A stretch of 64,000 nt of DNA from a virus (taxonomy: Duplodnaviria > Heunggongvirae > Uroviricota > Caudoviricetes): the IMG/VR virus record IMGVR_UViG_3300025316_001100, one strand, 5' to 3'. This document shows positions 9,234-18,130 of this stretch, piece after piece. The notes under the pieces are model-generated. The model was not told the DNA's origin and did not search any database. It saw nothing but the letters and a program-made list of their open reading frames with translations. Both the position numbers and the translations under genes were made by a program. Each line of letters starts with the position of its first letter. The stretch's first letter is position 1.

Positions 9234-9413
9234 TTAATCTAAAGGATCTTCTTCGTGAAGTGCAGAATCCAAGTCATTATCACGAATACGTGAATGATAC
9301 CACTTTCGCATCCCTTGCCATCGCTCAGAAGAAACACCCCACATTATTTTATCGGGAGTCTTTTCAGGATTGGCCTGATGCTTAATGTAACTTAGAAACA
9401 CAAATAGTCTCAT
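9234..9413 (-). CDS. possible small protein (59 aa, MRLFVFLSYIKHQANPEK...), not in the track
   Basis: Manual minus-strand ORF in an otherwise empty 500-bp interval; no clear SD. Confidence 0.25.
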   Translation of the reverse strand: MRLFVFLSYIKHQANPEKTPDKIMWGVSSERWQGMRKWYHSRIRDNDLDSALHEEDPLD

Positions 9414-9747
9414 TGATTAAAAATCCATAGAAACTACCACAAGTTGCGTCCATCGTGTAAAAGACACATTGCCCAACCAAGCCTGCGATAAGGACCACTG
9501 CCTGCCTATTGAATAAGATTCTTGCCCATGATTAAAGGGTACGGTTGTGGGAATTAAAATCATTTTCATTTAATTGACACCTGATCGTTATTGACCATCG
9601 CACACGACATGAACCTATTCAAAGATCCCAACATGGAAATCGCTCGTTCGTTTTTTCGACTACCAAATTGATGATTGGTACTTAACGACTTTATCTTCGT
9701 GCGCCCTATAGACCGGCCATCAAGGCATATTACTTTGAAAATGCGTT

Positions 9748-9999
9748 TCATGTACTGATTTGAAATCCCATATCGATCATTTCTTCCAAGGTCGTAATGC
9801 GAATCTTATCCTCTGGAATAGCAGCAATGATCTTGGCATTTTCCCAATGTTCCCCAAGTTGCATACGACGACACAACTGTGCAGTACAAAATACTTGGAA
9901 GTGAGGGAATTCGTTTGCATCAAAATTATCAGGATCGGCCGGAACCTTCATGCCCGCCTTCTCTGCTGCCGAAACCAACATGCCTGGAAATGCCATCAT
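9748..9999 (-). CDS. hypothetical protein (83 aa)
   Basis: ORF; RBS GGAGATAG. Confidence 0.5.
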   Translation of the reverse strand: MMAFPGMLVSAAEKAGMKVPADPDNFDANEFPHFQVFCTAQLCRRMQLGEHWENAKIIAAIPEDKIRITTLEEMIDMGFQIST

Positions 10000-10019
10000 G
10001 ATTTTCTATCTCCGTTTTT

Positions 10020-10063
10020 TGTTTGTAAAAACACTCGCCCGGCGAATGCCGGGCGAGTGTCCA
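10020..10063 (-). terminator. Rho-independent terminator on the minus strand (CACTCGCCCGGC-ATTC-GCCGGGCGAGTG then TTTTTACAAACAAAAAA)
   Basis: Perfect 12-bp GC stem with a T-run on the minus strand. Confidence 0.5.
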
Positions 10064-10182
10064 GCAGTGGTCAACTTTTACCACCACCATTTTATAAGGG
10101 TCATACGTCGTACTCACGTATCCCGCCGTGATAAGGAAAACCTAGTTAGGGTTTAACTCCCTACAGACCTTTCGATCTCCGG

Positions 10183-10476
10183 TCACGGTGCCGGTGTTTT
10201 CTTGGCCTTTTTTACAACAGCCAATAAATGTGTTGAAATTACTTTGTTCCGATTCTTGAGCCACTTATCAGGAGTGTCTAATTCAACGATTCGATTATGT
10301 GTCTTAGATCGCCAATCCCAATGGTCTTGCAAAATACGCAATACCTTAGCCGCTTCTTGCTTGCCACGGAAGTGTTTATAGCCACGCTTGTAACGAGTGC
10401 GACCGCATGGCGCACAAGGATGCTTGGCAGCAATGGCACTATTCTTAAAACGTACTAAATCACCAACTTCAATCAT
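10183..10476 (-). CDS. hypothetical basic protein (97 aa)
   Basis: ORF. Confidence 0.5.
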   Translation of the reverse strand: MIEVGDLVRFKNSAIAAKHPCAPCGRTRYKRGYKHFRGKQEAAKVLRILQDHWDWRSKTHNRIVELDTPDKWLKNRNKVISTHLLAVVKKAKKTPAP

Positions 10477-10673
10477 TGTTGTACCCGTTCAAAATCCCAA
10501 TCTACTTCCTTTTCAAACCTACGAAGTGGCTGTACAAAATCAGGAACATCCGCAGCGTCAGTGACTAGTTCATAACCCACCTGTCCAGACTCAAATTCTG
10601 TAACGGATTTAATCGTAAACACAGTTCCCATAACTTTGTGTTCCAGTTGTTCACCAACTTGATACTTGGTCAT
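10473..10673 (-). CDS. hypothetical protein (66 aa)
   Basis: ORF; ATGA coupling. Confidence 0.45.
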   Translation of the reverse strand: MTKYQVGEQLEHKVMGTVFTIKSVTEFESGQVGYELVTDAADVPDFVQPLRRFEKEVDWDFERVQQ

Positions 10674-11605
10674 ATTTTTCTAGCCTCATCCATCAGGATC
10701 GTCAAATATTGTTCCAGCTTCTCTTTGTTCCAGGCATGAACACAAACCTTAGTAGCCTTTGGAGCATCGGACTTCCAGCCCTCATCGGCATAATAGGTTG
10801 TATCATCAGCCTTGGCAACCGCAGCAATAGCCGTAGTGTCCAACTGCTTTCCAGATGGGCAAAACACTTCAATGTTATCAACCCGCTTCCTGGGTCCAAC
10901 CACAAACGTACATTCACCAATTATGAATTGATACCAAGGTTCACACTTGGCTCCACAATATTGATTCGTGATTTCAGTCGGATGTCCCAGGCCCAACTTC
11001 TCGAACAAAGGCAAAAAGTAGGCATCATGTCGAACCCTAATGGGATCAATCGGTAACGGCAGCAATTGTGAGGTCGCATTGTCGGCCAATGTCCAACGCT
11101 CTGCGCCACGGCCCGTAAAGTTCCCCAATCGAATCACCAACTCCTTCGGAATTTGGGGTGGCAAAACGGAACATTCAAAACCGATTGGGCATCTATATTC
11201 AGGCTGTTTGTCCATTTCGTAAAACGAATCGGAATACTCGCCTCTCAACTCTTTGGAAAAGGTTGTCACATCCGAATCCAAAGGCAAATCATGCTCGGCA
11301 AACCACTTGTTCTTATGAGCCAACGACATTGCATCCCTAGCCTTTTGGCACTTCTCGCCGTTGGCACGAAATGCAACCAATAGGATTTCATTAATATATC
11401 CCAAATGGTTGTCCAGCTTTGAATATTCCGATGCCGAAGCCATTTGAACAAATGCCTGATTACTACCAGCACATAAATCCAATGCTTTACGACCACAGGA
11501 TGGACATGTGAACCATTGACTGCTCACACTACCACCAAAGCTACCACCACCTGATTCCCAGGCATGGGCACCACAAACACAACTCGGACAATCTTCTGGC
11601 ATCAT
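10670..11605 (-). CDS. hypothetical protein (311 aa), Cys-rich N-terminus
   Basis: Long clean ORF; function not recognised. Confidence 0.6.
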   Translation of the reverse strand: MMPEDCPSCVCGAHAWESGGGSFGGSVSSQWFTCPSCGRKALDLCAGSNQAFVQMASASEYSKLDNHLGYINEILLVAFRANGEKCQKARDAMSLAHKNKWFAEHDLPLDSDVTTFSKELRGEYSDSFYEMDKQPEYRCPIGFECSVLPPQIPKELVIRLGNFTGRGAERWTLADNATSQLLPLPIDPIRVRHDAYFLPLFEKLGLGHPTEITNQYCGAKCEPWYQFIIGECTFVVGPRKRVDNIEVFCPSGKQLDTTAIAAVAKADDTTYYADEGWKSDAPKATKVCVHAWNKEKLEQYLTILMDEARKI

Positions 11606-11606
11606 G

Positions 11607-11819
11607 CTATTGATCTTCCTTTTGATCGAACACGCAATGGCAATCGGTACATCGGAATCGATTTTTGAACATTCGTCCCAAACTTAAAACGTATGGAATA
11701 AATTCCCGTACCGATACTGGTTCAGTATAACGAACCACTCTACCTTTGAAGATGCCCTTGTTATTAGCCCCACACTCTGGACATACTGCATTGTAGATTC
11801 CCGATTGCACAATGCTCAC
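11607..11819 (-). CDS. Zn-ribbon protein (70 aa)
   Basis: CPECG ... CTDCHC motifs. Confidence 0.4.
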   Translation of the reverse strand: MSIVQSGIYNAVCPECGANNKGIFKGRVVRYTEPVSVREFIPYVLSLGRMFKNRFRCTDCHCVFDQKEDQ

Positions 11820-12445
11820 GATTTAACCTTTACTTTTTTCGGCCTTTCGACCGTGGTTTCAATTACATCGCCAGTACGCACTACCGGCACAGACATTCTC
11901 ATGTCACAAGGACGCACTCGCAGTTCCACATTGTCCAAGTCGATCCGGCCCTTGGCCTTGACCGTTTCCTTGATGCACTTGGCAAAGGGGGCAATGCTAT
12001 CGTTCGCACGCTTTTCCCATGCCGTAACACGCTGGGCCTCAGCCTTAACTTCGTCGGCCTTGATCGTGTGACTTTCACCCTTGGCATCAAACCAAGTAAC
12101 GTCATGCACTTCCCGGCCCTCATCGGACGCACGATCCAATTCAACACAAACCGTGGCAGCACGCCGCAAATTATCCTCAAGGAAGCCGGGGCTAGTTGCC
12201 ACGACCCAGGACAAAACTTTGTCCAACTTCACACCCTTGAATCGGTCAGTTTCGTAATCCTCACCGATCTTAACATCCATTGAATATTCGATGACGCCCG
12301 AAACATGGCTCTCGCCAACGGGCAGGGGCAATTCCTCACGAATCTGGTCCGAAAGGCTCTTACCCTTACTTTGGGATGCCAGCACCTTGCCCACAAAGAC
12401 AAGATCCTGTTTCCGATCACCACTGATTTGCTGATTCTTAGCCAT
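11816..12445 (-). CDS. hypothetical protein (209 aa)
   Basis: ORF; SD AAGGAGAA; preceded by the 20-bp element and a sigma70 promoter. Confidence 0.55.
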   Translation of the reverse strand: MAKNQQISGDRKQDLVFVGKVLASQSKGKSLSDQIREELPLPVGESHVSGVIEYSMDVKIGEDYETDRFKGVKLDKVLSWVVATSPGFLEDNLRRAATVCVELDRASDEGREVHDVTWFDAKGESHTIKADEVKAEAQRVTAWEKRANDSIAPFAKCIKETVKAKGRIDLDNVELRVRPCDMRMSVPVVRTGDVIETTVERPKKVKVKS

Positions 12446-12467
12446 TTTTAGTTCTCCTTGCCCCTTC

Positions 12468-12487
12468 TCTTATACACCCGGACTGAC
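12468..12487 (-). promoter_or_regulatory. conserved 20-bp element, copy 4 (minus: GTCAGTCCGGGTGTATAAGA)
   Basis: Lies 18 nt downstream of the promoter -10 at 12506-12511 and upstream of the SD. Confidence 0.6.
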
Positions 12488-12505
12488 CTGTTGTTTCATG
12501 GGGAA

Positions 12506-12534
12506 ATTATACTACAGAATTCGGAATTGTAAAC
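12506..12534 (-). promoter_or_regulatory. sigma70-type promoter TTTACA-N17-(GTAG)TATAAT (minus)
   Basis: Reverse complement gives TTTACAattccgaattctgtagTATAAT. Confidence 0.6.
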
Positions 12535-12779
12535 TAAACCGGCATCCGGCCGTCAACGATCTGTTCTTGAATCAATACATCAGTTACTTCGTAATCTTCA
12601 AGGCAATCTTCACACCAGAAGAAATCGCCATTGTGCAATTCAGTCTTTTCAGATTGCAGAATTATGGTTTCTGGACCGTCAAGCATCCAGAGCTTTATTG
12701 AACCACAGTTCGGGCATTTGAAATTCATCTTCGTTTCCTTTGTCAGGTGGACACATCGGGGGCCATATGGGCGGCACAC
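12534..12779 (-). CDS. Zn-ribbon protein (up to 81 aa; true start probably an internal Met)
   Basis: CPNCGS ... CEDC; overlaps ORF 12679..12909, so the start is uncertain. Confidence 0.35.
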   Translation of the reverse strand: MCRPYGPRCVHLTKETKMNFKCPNCGSIKLWMLDGPETIILQSEKTELHNGDFFWCEDCLEDYEVTDVLIQEQIVDGRMPV

Positions 12780-12905
12780 CCTCGATTATAATTGGCCCAT
12801 CAATAATGGGCGGATATTGCGGTTGAGGTACAACCTTCTTATGCAATCGGTCTTGCATTGGAATCAAAGCAAAAAACACACACATCAATATTTGCGCAAA
12901 CATTT

Positions 12906-13340
12906 TCAACTCTTCTCCATTTCTTTCAAACGAGTTTTCAAATCTTCCCGCTTCATCTCACCCGGTTCAAACTGCCCAAGACGATGAATCTCGCCTGGGA
13001 ATATTGCAAAACGAGCATGATCGGCAACGTAGTCAATACCAGGAGCCGATTCCTCTAGTGTCTTTTCACACATTGCACCAATCGGTCCAAACCGAGTGAC
13101 AAAATTCCAAAACGATTCATGTTCTCCAAGAACAATAAACGCTTCGCCGGGCTTCAGACCCTTAGAAATCTTTTCCAAATCCTTTTGAGACAAGTCACCC
13201 CAACCTAGCTTCTCGCCAAGTTGATTATACCAACCACCATTATGCGATACGGATGTGCCACGCATTTGACCACAAAATAAACTAAATAGCCCATCTTTAT
13301 GCTCAAATTCATGTCCGTACAAACCCTTAGTTAGTCTCAT
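12906..13340 (-). CDS. hypothetical protein (144 aa)
   Basis: ORF. Confidence 0.55.
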   Translation of the reverse strand: MRLTKGLYGHEFEHKDGLFSLFCGQMRGTSVSHNGGWYNQLGEKLGWGDLSQKDLEKISKGLKPGEAFIVLGEHESFWNFVTRFGPIGAMCEKTLEESAPGIDYVADHARFAIFPGEIHRLGQFEPGEMKREDLKTRLKEMEKS

Positions 13341-13572
13341 TTCGTTCTCCCTTCAATTTCTCTACCAATTTGGCAACACGCCACGCTGATCCTTCTAAAG
13401 AATCCATACCTGGACCGCCGTCGATACCAGTAATAAAATTGCCACGCTGTTTGACTTCTAAAATTTGAAGCAAATAGCTAATTGCCTTTCGTTCTCGATC
13501 AGCGTTTTCAATCGGACCCATCCTAGTTTCGATAAACAATGGGCCAAAATTTGGTTTTTCGTCTACATTCAT
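13327..13572 (-). CDS. hypothetical protein (81 aa)
   Basis: ORF. Confidence 0.45.
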   Translation of the reverse strand: MNVDEKPNFGPLFIETRMGPIENADRERKAISYLLQILEVKQRGNFITGIDGGPGMDSLEGSAWRVAKLVEKLKGERNETN

Positions 13573-13766
13573 TTCTTACCCTTTTCCAAAGTCTTAGCTG
13601 TGTCGTGTGCCCGTAATCGCTCTACAATAGTTTGAAGACCGTCCACGGCAATGTTGAGCTTACGAAGATCATGCTTGCCTGTAGCTTCGTCAGCCCCTTC
13701 GGCCAGCAAATTAGCCTCAAACCAAATAGCATCCAACTCTTCTTCATTCAAAAGTTTCGGTTTCAT
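13569..13766 (-). CDS. hypothetical protein (65 aa)
   Basis: ORF; ATGA coupling. Confidence 0.4.
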   Translation of the reverse strand: MKPKLLNEEELDAIWFEANLLAEGADEATGKHDLRKLNIAVDGLQTIVERLRAHDTAKTLEKGKK

Positions 13767-13975
13767 TTGTTTTCCTTAAATTCTAAGGACACGCCTTCAC
13801 GTTTGGTAAAGTCACGAATAGTATCCAAGCAAGGACTGCTAAAGAAACAATCGGCCCAATGCTTTACAGTTCCTTCAAACATGTAAGATTCTCCACTGCC
13901 CAAACAAATAACAATCTGCTCGGCCTCAAGAGCCTCTTCTAGTTCCCAGTCTTCCATTTGTTCGATTGGTTTCAT
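13763..13975 (-). CDS. hypothetical acidic protein (about 70 aa, start at the internal Met MKPIEQ)
   Basis: Trimmed from track ORF 13763..14041 to remove a 70-nt overlap with the upstream gene. Confidence 0.4.
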   Translation of the reverse strand: MKPIEQMEDWELEEALEAEQIVICLGSGESYMFEGTVKHWADCFFSSPCLDTIRDFTKREGVSLEFKENK

Positions 13976-14181
13976 GCTGGCTCCTTGATAATACACATGT
14001 CCATTACGACTTCCCAACCAACACGCCAACGCTGGCCACACTCATTGCATTGGTACTCATCATAATTGACATGCTCTTCTGTTCTACCTACGTTCTCAGT
14101 GTGACAACCCGGCCTTGGACAACAATTAGGTCCAATGATTTGAGCTAAGGCAGATGCCTCATTCAAACTGGTCTTACTCAT
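13972..14181 (-). CDS. Zn-ribbon protein (69 aa)
   Basis: CCPRPGCH ... CNECG motifs. Confidence 0.4.
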   Translation of the reverse strand: MSKTSLNEASALAQIIGPNCCPRPGCHTENVGRTEEHVNYDEYQCNECGQRWRVGWEVVMDMCIIKEPA

Positions 14182-14729
14182 TTCGTTTCCCCCGTCAAGG
14201 TCGCCTTAACCTGGGCCAATGTTTCAACCACATTATCTAATGTGTTTTGAGCATTCGCTCGCTCTTCCTCCAAGGAAGAAATATCAACTTCAATGCCGAA
14301 GTCCCGAATGAATTGCCGGGCAATTTCGTCACTATCGAAATTCAAAGACATGTCGCCATCGCTCCAATGCAAATCGACAACACCATCCTGATATTCTTCG
14401 CCACGCCGATTCTTCATCTTGTGAAAAACCAAGTAATCAGTGGAGTGATAATCGGGCCGCAGCAAATCCCGCAATTCGGGGAAATCTTCCCAATTGCCAA
14501 GACAAATCAATCCAAATGTAGACGCACCACCATGACGACCGGCACCCTGATGAAGATACAAACGCCAAGGCTTCTTCGTCAATAGCTTCTCCCCCTTGAC
14601 AATCTCATTTGTCAACTCAACAGTTAGGGAGTCCAAAGGGTCCATCTGCTGATGCAGTGCATCAATTTGGCTTCGTAAAGCCTCACGCTCATCGGTAGCT
14701 ATTTTTAGCAGGTTTCTTAATTCGCTCAT
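14178..14729 (-). CDS. hypothetical protein (183 aa), coiled-coil N-terminus
   Basis: ORF. Confidence 0.55.
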   Translation of the reverse strand: MSELRNLLKIATDEREALRSQIDALHQQMDPLDSLTVELTNEIVKGEKLLTKKPWRLYLHQGAGRHGGASTFGLICLGNWEDFPELRDLLRPDYHSTDYLVFHKMKNRRGEEYQDGVVDLHWSDGDMSLNFDSDEIARQFIRDFGIEVDISSLEEERANAQNTLDNVVETLAQVKATLTGETK

Positions 14730-14935
14730 TTTCTTCTCCCACTCGATTGCAGTCCACGCAATGTTGCGTTCATGGACTTGATGACTTTCTTCTCACAAGC
14801 CGGGCAACGCTTCTCCATAAACACTGGAAAGCCTCCAAAAATCAATTGCTTCCGGCTTGGCTCTGTAGATAACTTGGGATGGGTCTGCCTACACATACTG
14901 CAAATAGGTTCGCCCTGTTCATTATATTCGATCAT
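14726..14935 (-). CDS. Zn-ribbon protein (about 69 aa, start MIEYNEQ)
   Basis: CSMC ... CPAC; good RBS AAAGGAAAATCATG at the internal Met, whereas the track start at 14968 has no SD. Confidence 0.4.
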   Translation of the reverse strand: MIEYNEQGEPICSMCRQTHPKLSTEPSRKQLIFGGFPVFMEKRCPACEKKVIKSMNATLRGLQSSGRRK

Positions 14936-15232
14936 GATTTTCCTTTGAAAAAGAATCGCAACAGTCATTCATGACAACCAATTTGGTCGCACCTATTTAT
15001 GAGCTAACTAGGCTACTGGTGCTGTTACTGCCTGACCATACACCTGTTGCGATTCAAGGAGGCCCTCCCCGCCATAGGCGGGGAGGGCCTAAGTCCACCT
15101 TCTTTTTGTTTCAAAATACCGGATGCCGTTCCACGCCGAACGGCTTGTTCACACAGGTCATGACACTGGTGTGGCCCACTTCGGATTAGCCTCACGGCTT
15201 CCAACTTCTCGTAACTGCACATCCGGTATTCT

Positions 15233-15250
15233 CTTATACACCTGCACTCA
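15233..15250 (-). promoter_or_regulatory. conserved 20-bp element, variant copy 5 (minus: CTGAGTGCAGGTGTATAAGAG)
   Basis: Variant with GTGCAGG instead of GTCCGGG; lies in a 430-bp gene-free region. Confidence 0.45.
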
Positions 15251-15261
15251 GGGTATTAAAT

Positions 15262-15377
15262 TGCAGATAGTGGAATCGAACCACTTTTCTCCCCCATATG
15301 GCGGGGGCGAGTTAGAGTATCCTAATTCTAGCTCCCAAAGAGACTTTAAGGATGCCCACCACATTTCTCTAATCTGC
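15262..15377 (-). ncRNA. tRNA-like structured element (TpsiC arm AGTGG-TTCGATT-CCACT and a CCCCC-GCCATAT-GGGGG hairpin carrying CAT), closed by a GCAGAT/ATCTGC acceptor-like stem. No canonical 72-90 nt cloverleaf could be completed by hand
   Basis: The minus strand reads ...GCAGATTAGAGAAATGTGGTGGGC...CGCCCCCGCCATATGGGGGAGAAAAGTGGTTCGATTCCACTATCTGCA. It is flanked by two copies of the 20-bp element. Confidence 0.3.
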
Positions 15378-15383
15378 TACATG

Positions 15384-15404
15384 GTGTTATACACCGGGAC
15401 TCAC
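15384..15404 (-). promoter_or_regulatory. conserved 20-bp element, copy 6 (minus: GTGAGTCCCGGTGTATAACAC)
   Basis: Its TGA is the stop of ORF 15401..15784. Confidence 0.55.
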
Positions 15405-15784
15405 TTTGGCAACAGCCCTTCACGTTCCAGAACAGCACGGGCAACAGTGATTTCTGCTTGCCGACGACGTTCAGCCATAGCTTGCTCTTCTGTCTCTCGT
15501 TCTTTCTGTTCACGCTCGATTTCACTTTGGATATAGGTGTCCCAATTCTCTTTCGGCCCAAGCAGAACTGCTACAGGCACATTAATCCAACCCTCTTCTT
15601 CAGCACCATAAGCACCATGCCAATGCCACTTAATGGAAACAGATGTTTCATCCATCTGTACCTCACTAAAATGCTGAGCAGCAAAGTTTCTGTTCAAAAA
15701 CCGATATTGTAGAGCATAATGCTCGGCCACAGTATCGATCTCAGCTTTTTGTTTAACTAGGGCTTGATATGTTTGAATGTTCAT
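15401..15784 (-). CDS. hypothetical protein (127 aa)
   Basis: ORF. Confidence 0.55.
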   Translation of the reverse strand: MNIQTYQALVKQKAEIDTVAEHYALQYRFLNRNFAAQHFSEVQMDETSVSIKWHWHGAYGAEEEGWINVPVAVLLGPKENWDTYIQSEIEREQKERETEEQAMAERRRQAEITVARAVLEREGLLPK

Positions 15785-16020
15785 GCTGACGCTTTCAATA
15801 TTGCATTAAGGCCATCGAGCCGCTTCTGTTGTTTAATAACGATCATGCCTCGCATGTCATCCCAACAGAATAAACCATTTGTACTAATCGGTAACATTTT
15901 ACTTTCGCCCTTGAAAGTATAACAACCAAAGACACCTTCATGGTTCCATCGTTCTACAAGAACGAAATAGGAAATGTTTAGTCCAGATGATTCAAATTTA
16001 ATCCAATCGCCGGGTTTCAT
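15781..16020 (-). CDS. hypothetical protein (79 aa)
   Basis: ORF; ATGA coupling. Confidence 0.5.
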   Translation of the reverse strand: MKPGDWIKFESSGLNISYFVLVERWNHEGVFGCYTFKGESKMLPISTNGLFCWDDMRGMIVIKQQKRLDGLNAILKASA

Positions 16021-16314
16021 TTTATTCTTTCTTTTGTTAAATCTCGCCTATGCAGGACTTGCACCCACACTGCAAACTAGGATACAGCAACATACCGAAG
16101 TATTCCCTATCGTGAGTAGCTAATTAGCCTAATTTGCGTTTCCTAAGCCATTTCCCTTGGCTTTATGACCACTATTTCAAGGGCGGTTTCTAGGCGTCAT
16201 TTTTCTTAAATGTAATCAACTACCCCTTCGAAAGACTAGCTTTTCCGGCTACTGGTGAGCCGCACCCTACGATTTTCACGTTTATGGGCCACGGGGCAGT
16301 TAATCACTGATTCG

Positions 16315-16581
16315 TCAGACCTCTCCGGTGACAGATCGAACAAATGCCTTGGAATCGAAGCTATCGTGTGTATAACGCAACTTCTCGGCAAAAGATTGGG
16401 CAAGCTGTCGCTTCAACATCTTACCCAGGACAGTCAGGTTTCGCTCACGACCACTAGGATCGCTGGGGGTTCGCCCTGCATCCACCTTGTTTTGAACCGC
16501 TTCGTTGTCGAAAAACGCATCGACGCTTTCGTTGATAGCATCAGCAATAAGAATGTGGTGCTTTTTACTCATATCGGCCAC
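16315..16581 (-). CDS. hypothetical protein (88 aa; GTG start 6 nt after AAAGGAGAA)
   Basis: ORF; promoter at 16647-16674. Confidence 0.45.
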   Translation of the reverse strand: MADMSKKHHILIADAINESVDAFFDNEAVQNKVDAGRTPSDPSGRERNLTVLGKMLKRQLAQSFAEKLRYTHDSFDSKAFVRSVTGEV

Positions 16582-16646
16582 AATGTTCTCCTTTCAAAAG
16601 AGGGTTAGTGTTTCGATATTGGTGGGACGTTCGTCCCTGTTACTGA

Positions 16647-16674
16647 ATTATACTACGCTTTCAGAGTTTGTAAA
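16647..16674 (-). promoter_or_regulatory. sigma70-type promoter TTTACA-N16-(GTAG)TATAAT (minus)
   Basis: Reverse complement gives TTTACAaactctgaaagcgtagTATAAT. Confidence 0.55.
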
Positions 16675-16679
16675 GCACC

Positions 16680-17267
16680 TCAATTATCCTCTGCCCCATT
16701 CTTGATCCATCGGTCAATAGCCTTTTGGACTTTAACCCTTGTGGTAATGACAGGGTTGGTACGTCTAAACCAATTACAAAACTGTAGTAACATCTTTTTA
16801 CTGGTGTAATCGGGACTCAAAGCAATCCCCACAGCTACCACGTTCGCCACAGGCAACCACTTTTCTCGCAACGATACTTTCGCCCAACCACAATAATCCA
16901 AAGAATATTTGCGATATGCTAGAGCAAAAGGATTGCATAATCCATGACATGTTCCAGCACCATGTTCATAGCATCGCTGTCTATTGGGACAAGACCAAAC
17001 AAATTTCTTTTTGTGTGATCCTCGCACATGATTACCCCAAGTGCCATCATTCAATTCAGGTTTGCATCCATGATCTAAATCCGCTAGATCCGAATGAAAA
17101 TCTACATTGACCAATGTATCAAAATGATTTTGATTCACATGAGGCAACAATTCTTCGTGACTAATCACCAATCGTTTCGGTGCAGAAATCCGCATTACTT
17201 TTTCAAAATACTTCTGAGGAAACTCCCCTTCCCAGAAGTCTAAATCAATTGATAAATAAATACGCAT
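16680..17267 (-). CDS. hypothetical protein (195 aa), His/Cys-rich
   Basis: ORF. Confidence 0.55.
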   Translation of the reverse strand: MRIYLSIDLDFWEGEFPQKYFEKVMRISAPKRLVISHEELLPHVNQNHFDTLVNVDFHSDLADLDHGCKPELNDGTWGNHVRGSHKKKFVWSCPNRQRCYEHGAGTCHGLCNPFALAYRKYSLDYCGWAKVSLREKWLPVANVVAVGIALSPDYTSKKMLLQFCNWFRRTNPVITTRVKVQKAIDRWIKNGAEDN

Positions 17268-17280
17268 GATTTACAAACCA

Positions 17281-17445
17281 TTAATCTATGTCGGTTAGCG
17301 CACAAATACGGGCACAGTACAATTGATCTTGCAATTTCTTGATTTCAATTTGAGATCGCTCATATCGTCGGCCCCAAATAAATACCAACCACATCAATAG
17401 TGATTGCAGGATACTAAGACCTAACGCTAATACCAAATATGCCAT
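17281..17445 (-). CDS. small membrane protein (54 aa, MAYLVLALGLSILQSLLMWLVFIWGRRYERSQIEIKKLQDQL...), not in the track
   Basis: ATGA overlap with the stop of 17445..17711; one TM helix. Confidence 0.35.
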   Translation of the reverse strand: MAYLVLALGLSILQSLLMWLVFIWGRRYERSQIEIKKLQDQLYCARICALTDID

Positions 17446-17711
17446 CATCTATTGTCGTCTCGCATTTCATCAATGGTTTTAAGATTCGTAGCCCACAATC
17501 CCCCTTGGAGGAATCCCAGCCAGCGATTGGCCTTGTCCATTTTATCCTCTGCAATAATCTTGGGAATCTCCTGGCACATCCATCGTAAATGTTGGAACCT
17601 TGTTCCACCATCCGATTCTCGCACTGGCGATGCCGACACGTAAAGCAAGGCGTCGTACCGCTCCAATACCTCTAACATTTGTTCTTTATTCATGGATTCC
17701 ATCCGAAACAA
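17445..17711 (-). CDS. hypothetical protein (88 aa)
   Basis: ORF. Confidence 0.45.
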   Translation of the reverse strand: MFRMESMNKEQMLEVLERYDALLYVSASPVRESDGGTRFQHLRWMCQEIPKIIAEDKMDKANRWLGFLQGGLWATNLKTIDEMRDDNR

Positions 17712-17813
17712 AAAGGATCAACCCCCACACAATCAAGCAAATGCCCGGCCCCAAGCACCTTGCCAACAAAAAAAGTACACCAGCACACAATAACAATAAA
17801 CTGTCTTTGTTTA

Positions 17814-18086
17814 TCATCTTTGATGCGACCAAATCATTTCCTTAGCCAATTCCTTTTCTTCTTCATCTTCAATCATTACTTCAGCAAGAACAGAAAGACC
17901 TAACAGCATTTGTTCCTCCGACTCTTCCTCGCTAGGAATATAAGGGAATCTACTGTCTTTCCATTTCTTCCTACCAATACGATATGATTCCCAAATGGTA
18001 GTTTTCTTCCAAGCCTTGGGACGCCAACCATCCGTCCAAGGTTCTTGAAGATTTTTTTGAATTTTAATAGCTGTTCGCAATCTCAT
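17814..18086 (-). CDS. hypothetical protein (90 aa)
   Basis: ORF. Confidence 0.45.
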   Translation of the reverse strand: MRLRTAIKIQKNLQEPWTDGWRPKAWKKTTIWESYRIGRKKWKDSRFPYIPSEEESEEQMLLGLSVLAEVMIEDEEEKELAKEMIWSHQR

Positions 18087-18130
18087 GGCTTGTTCCTGTT
18101 ATAAAGTATCTGTCTCATAACAGAGTGCTA

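Noticed and set aside
14971-15222. Track ORFs 14971-15189 (+) and 15025-15222 (-)
   Set aside because: Both run straight through a 13-bp GC hairpin and the tRNA-like and 20-bp element region. They have low-complexity Pro/Arg/Gly composition and are more likely noncoding.
16030-16080. Possible tRNA 3' half (..GGGTGCAAGTCCTGCATAGG..) upstream of gene 15781-16020
   Set aside because: No partner T-stem or acceptor pairing can be formed. The similarity is limited to a CAAGTCC heptamer.
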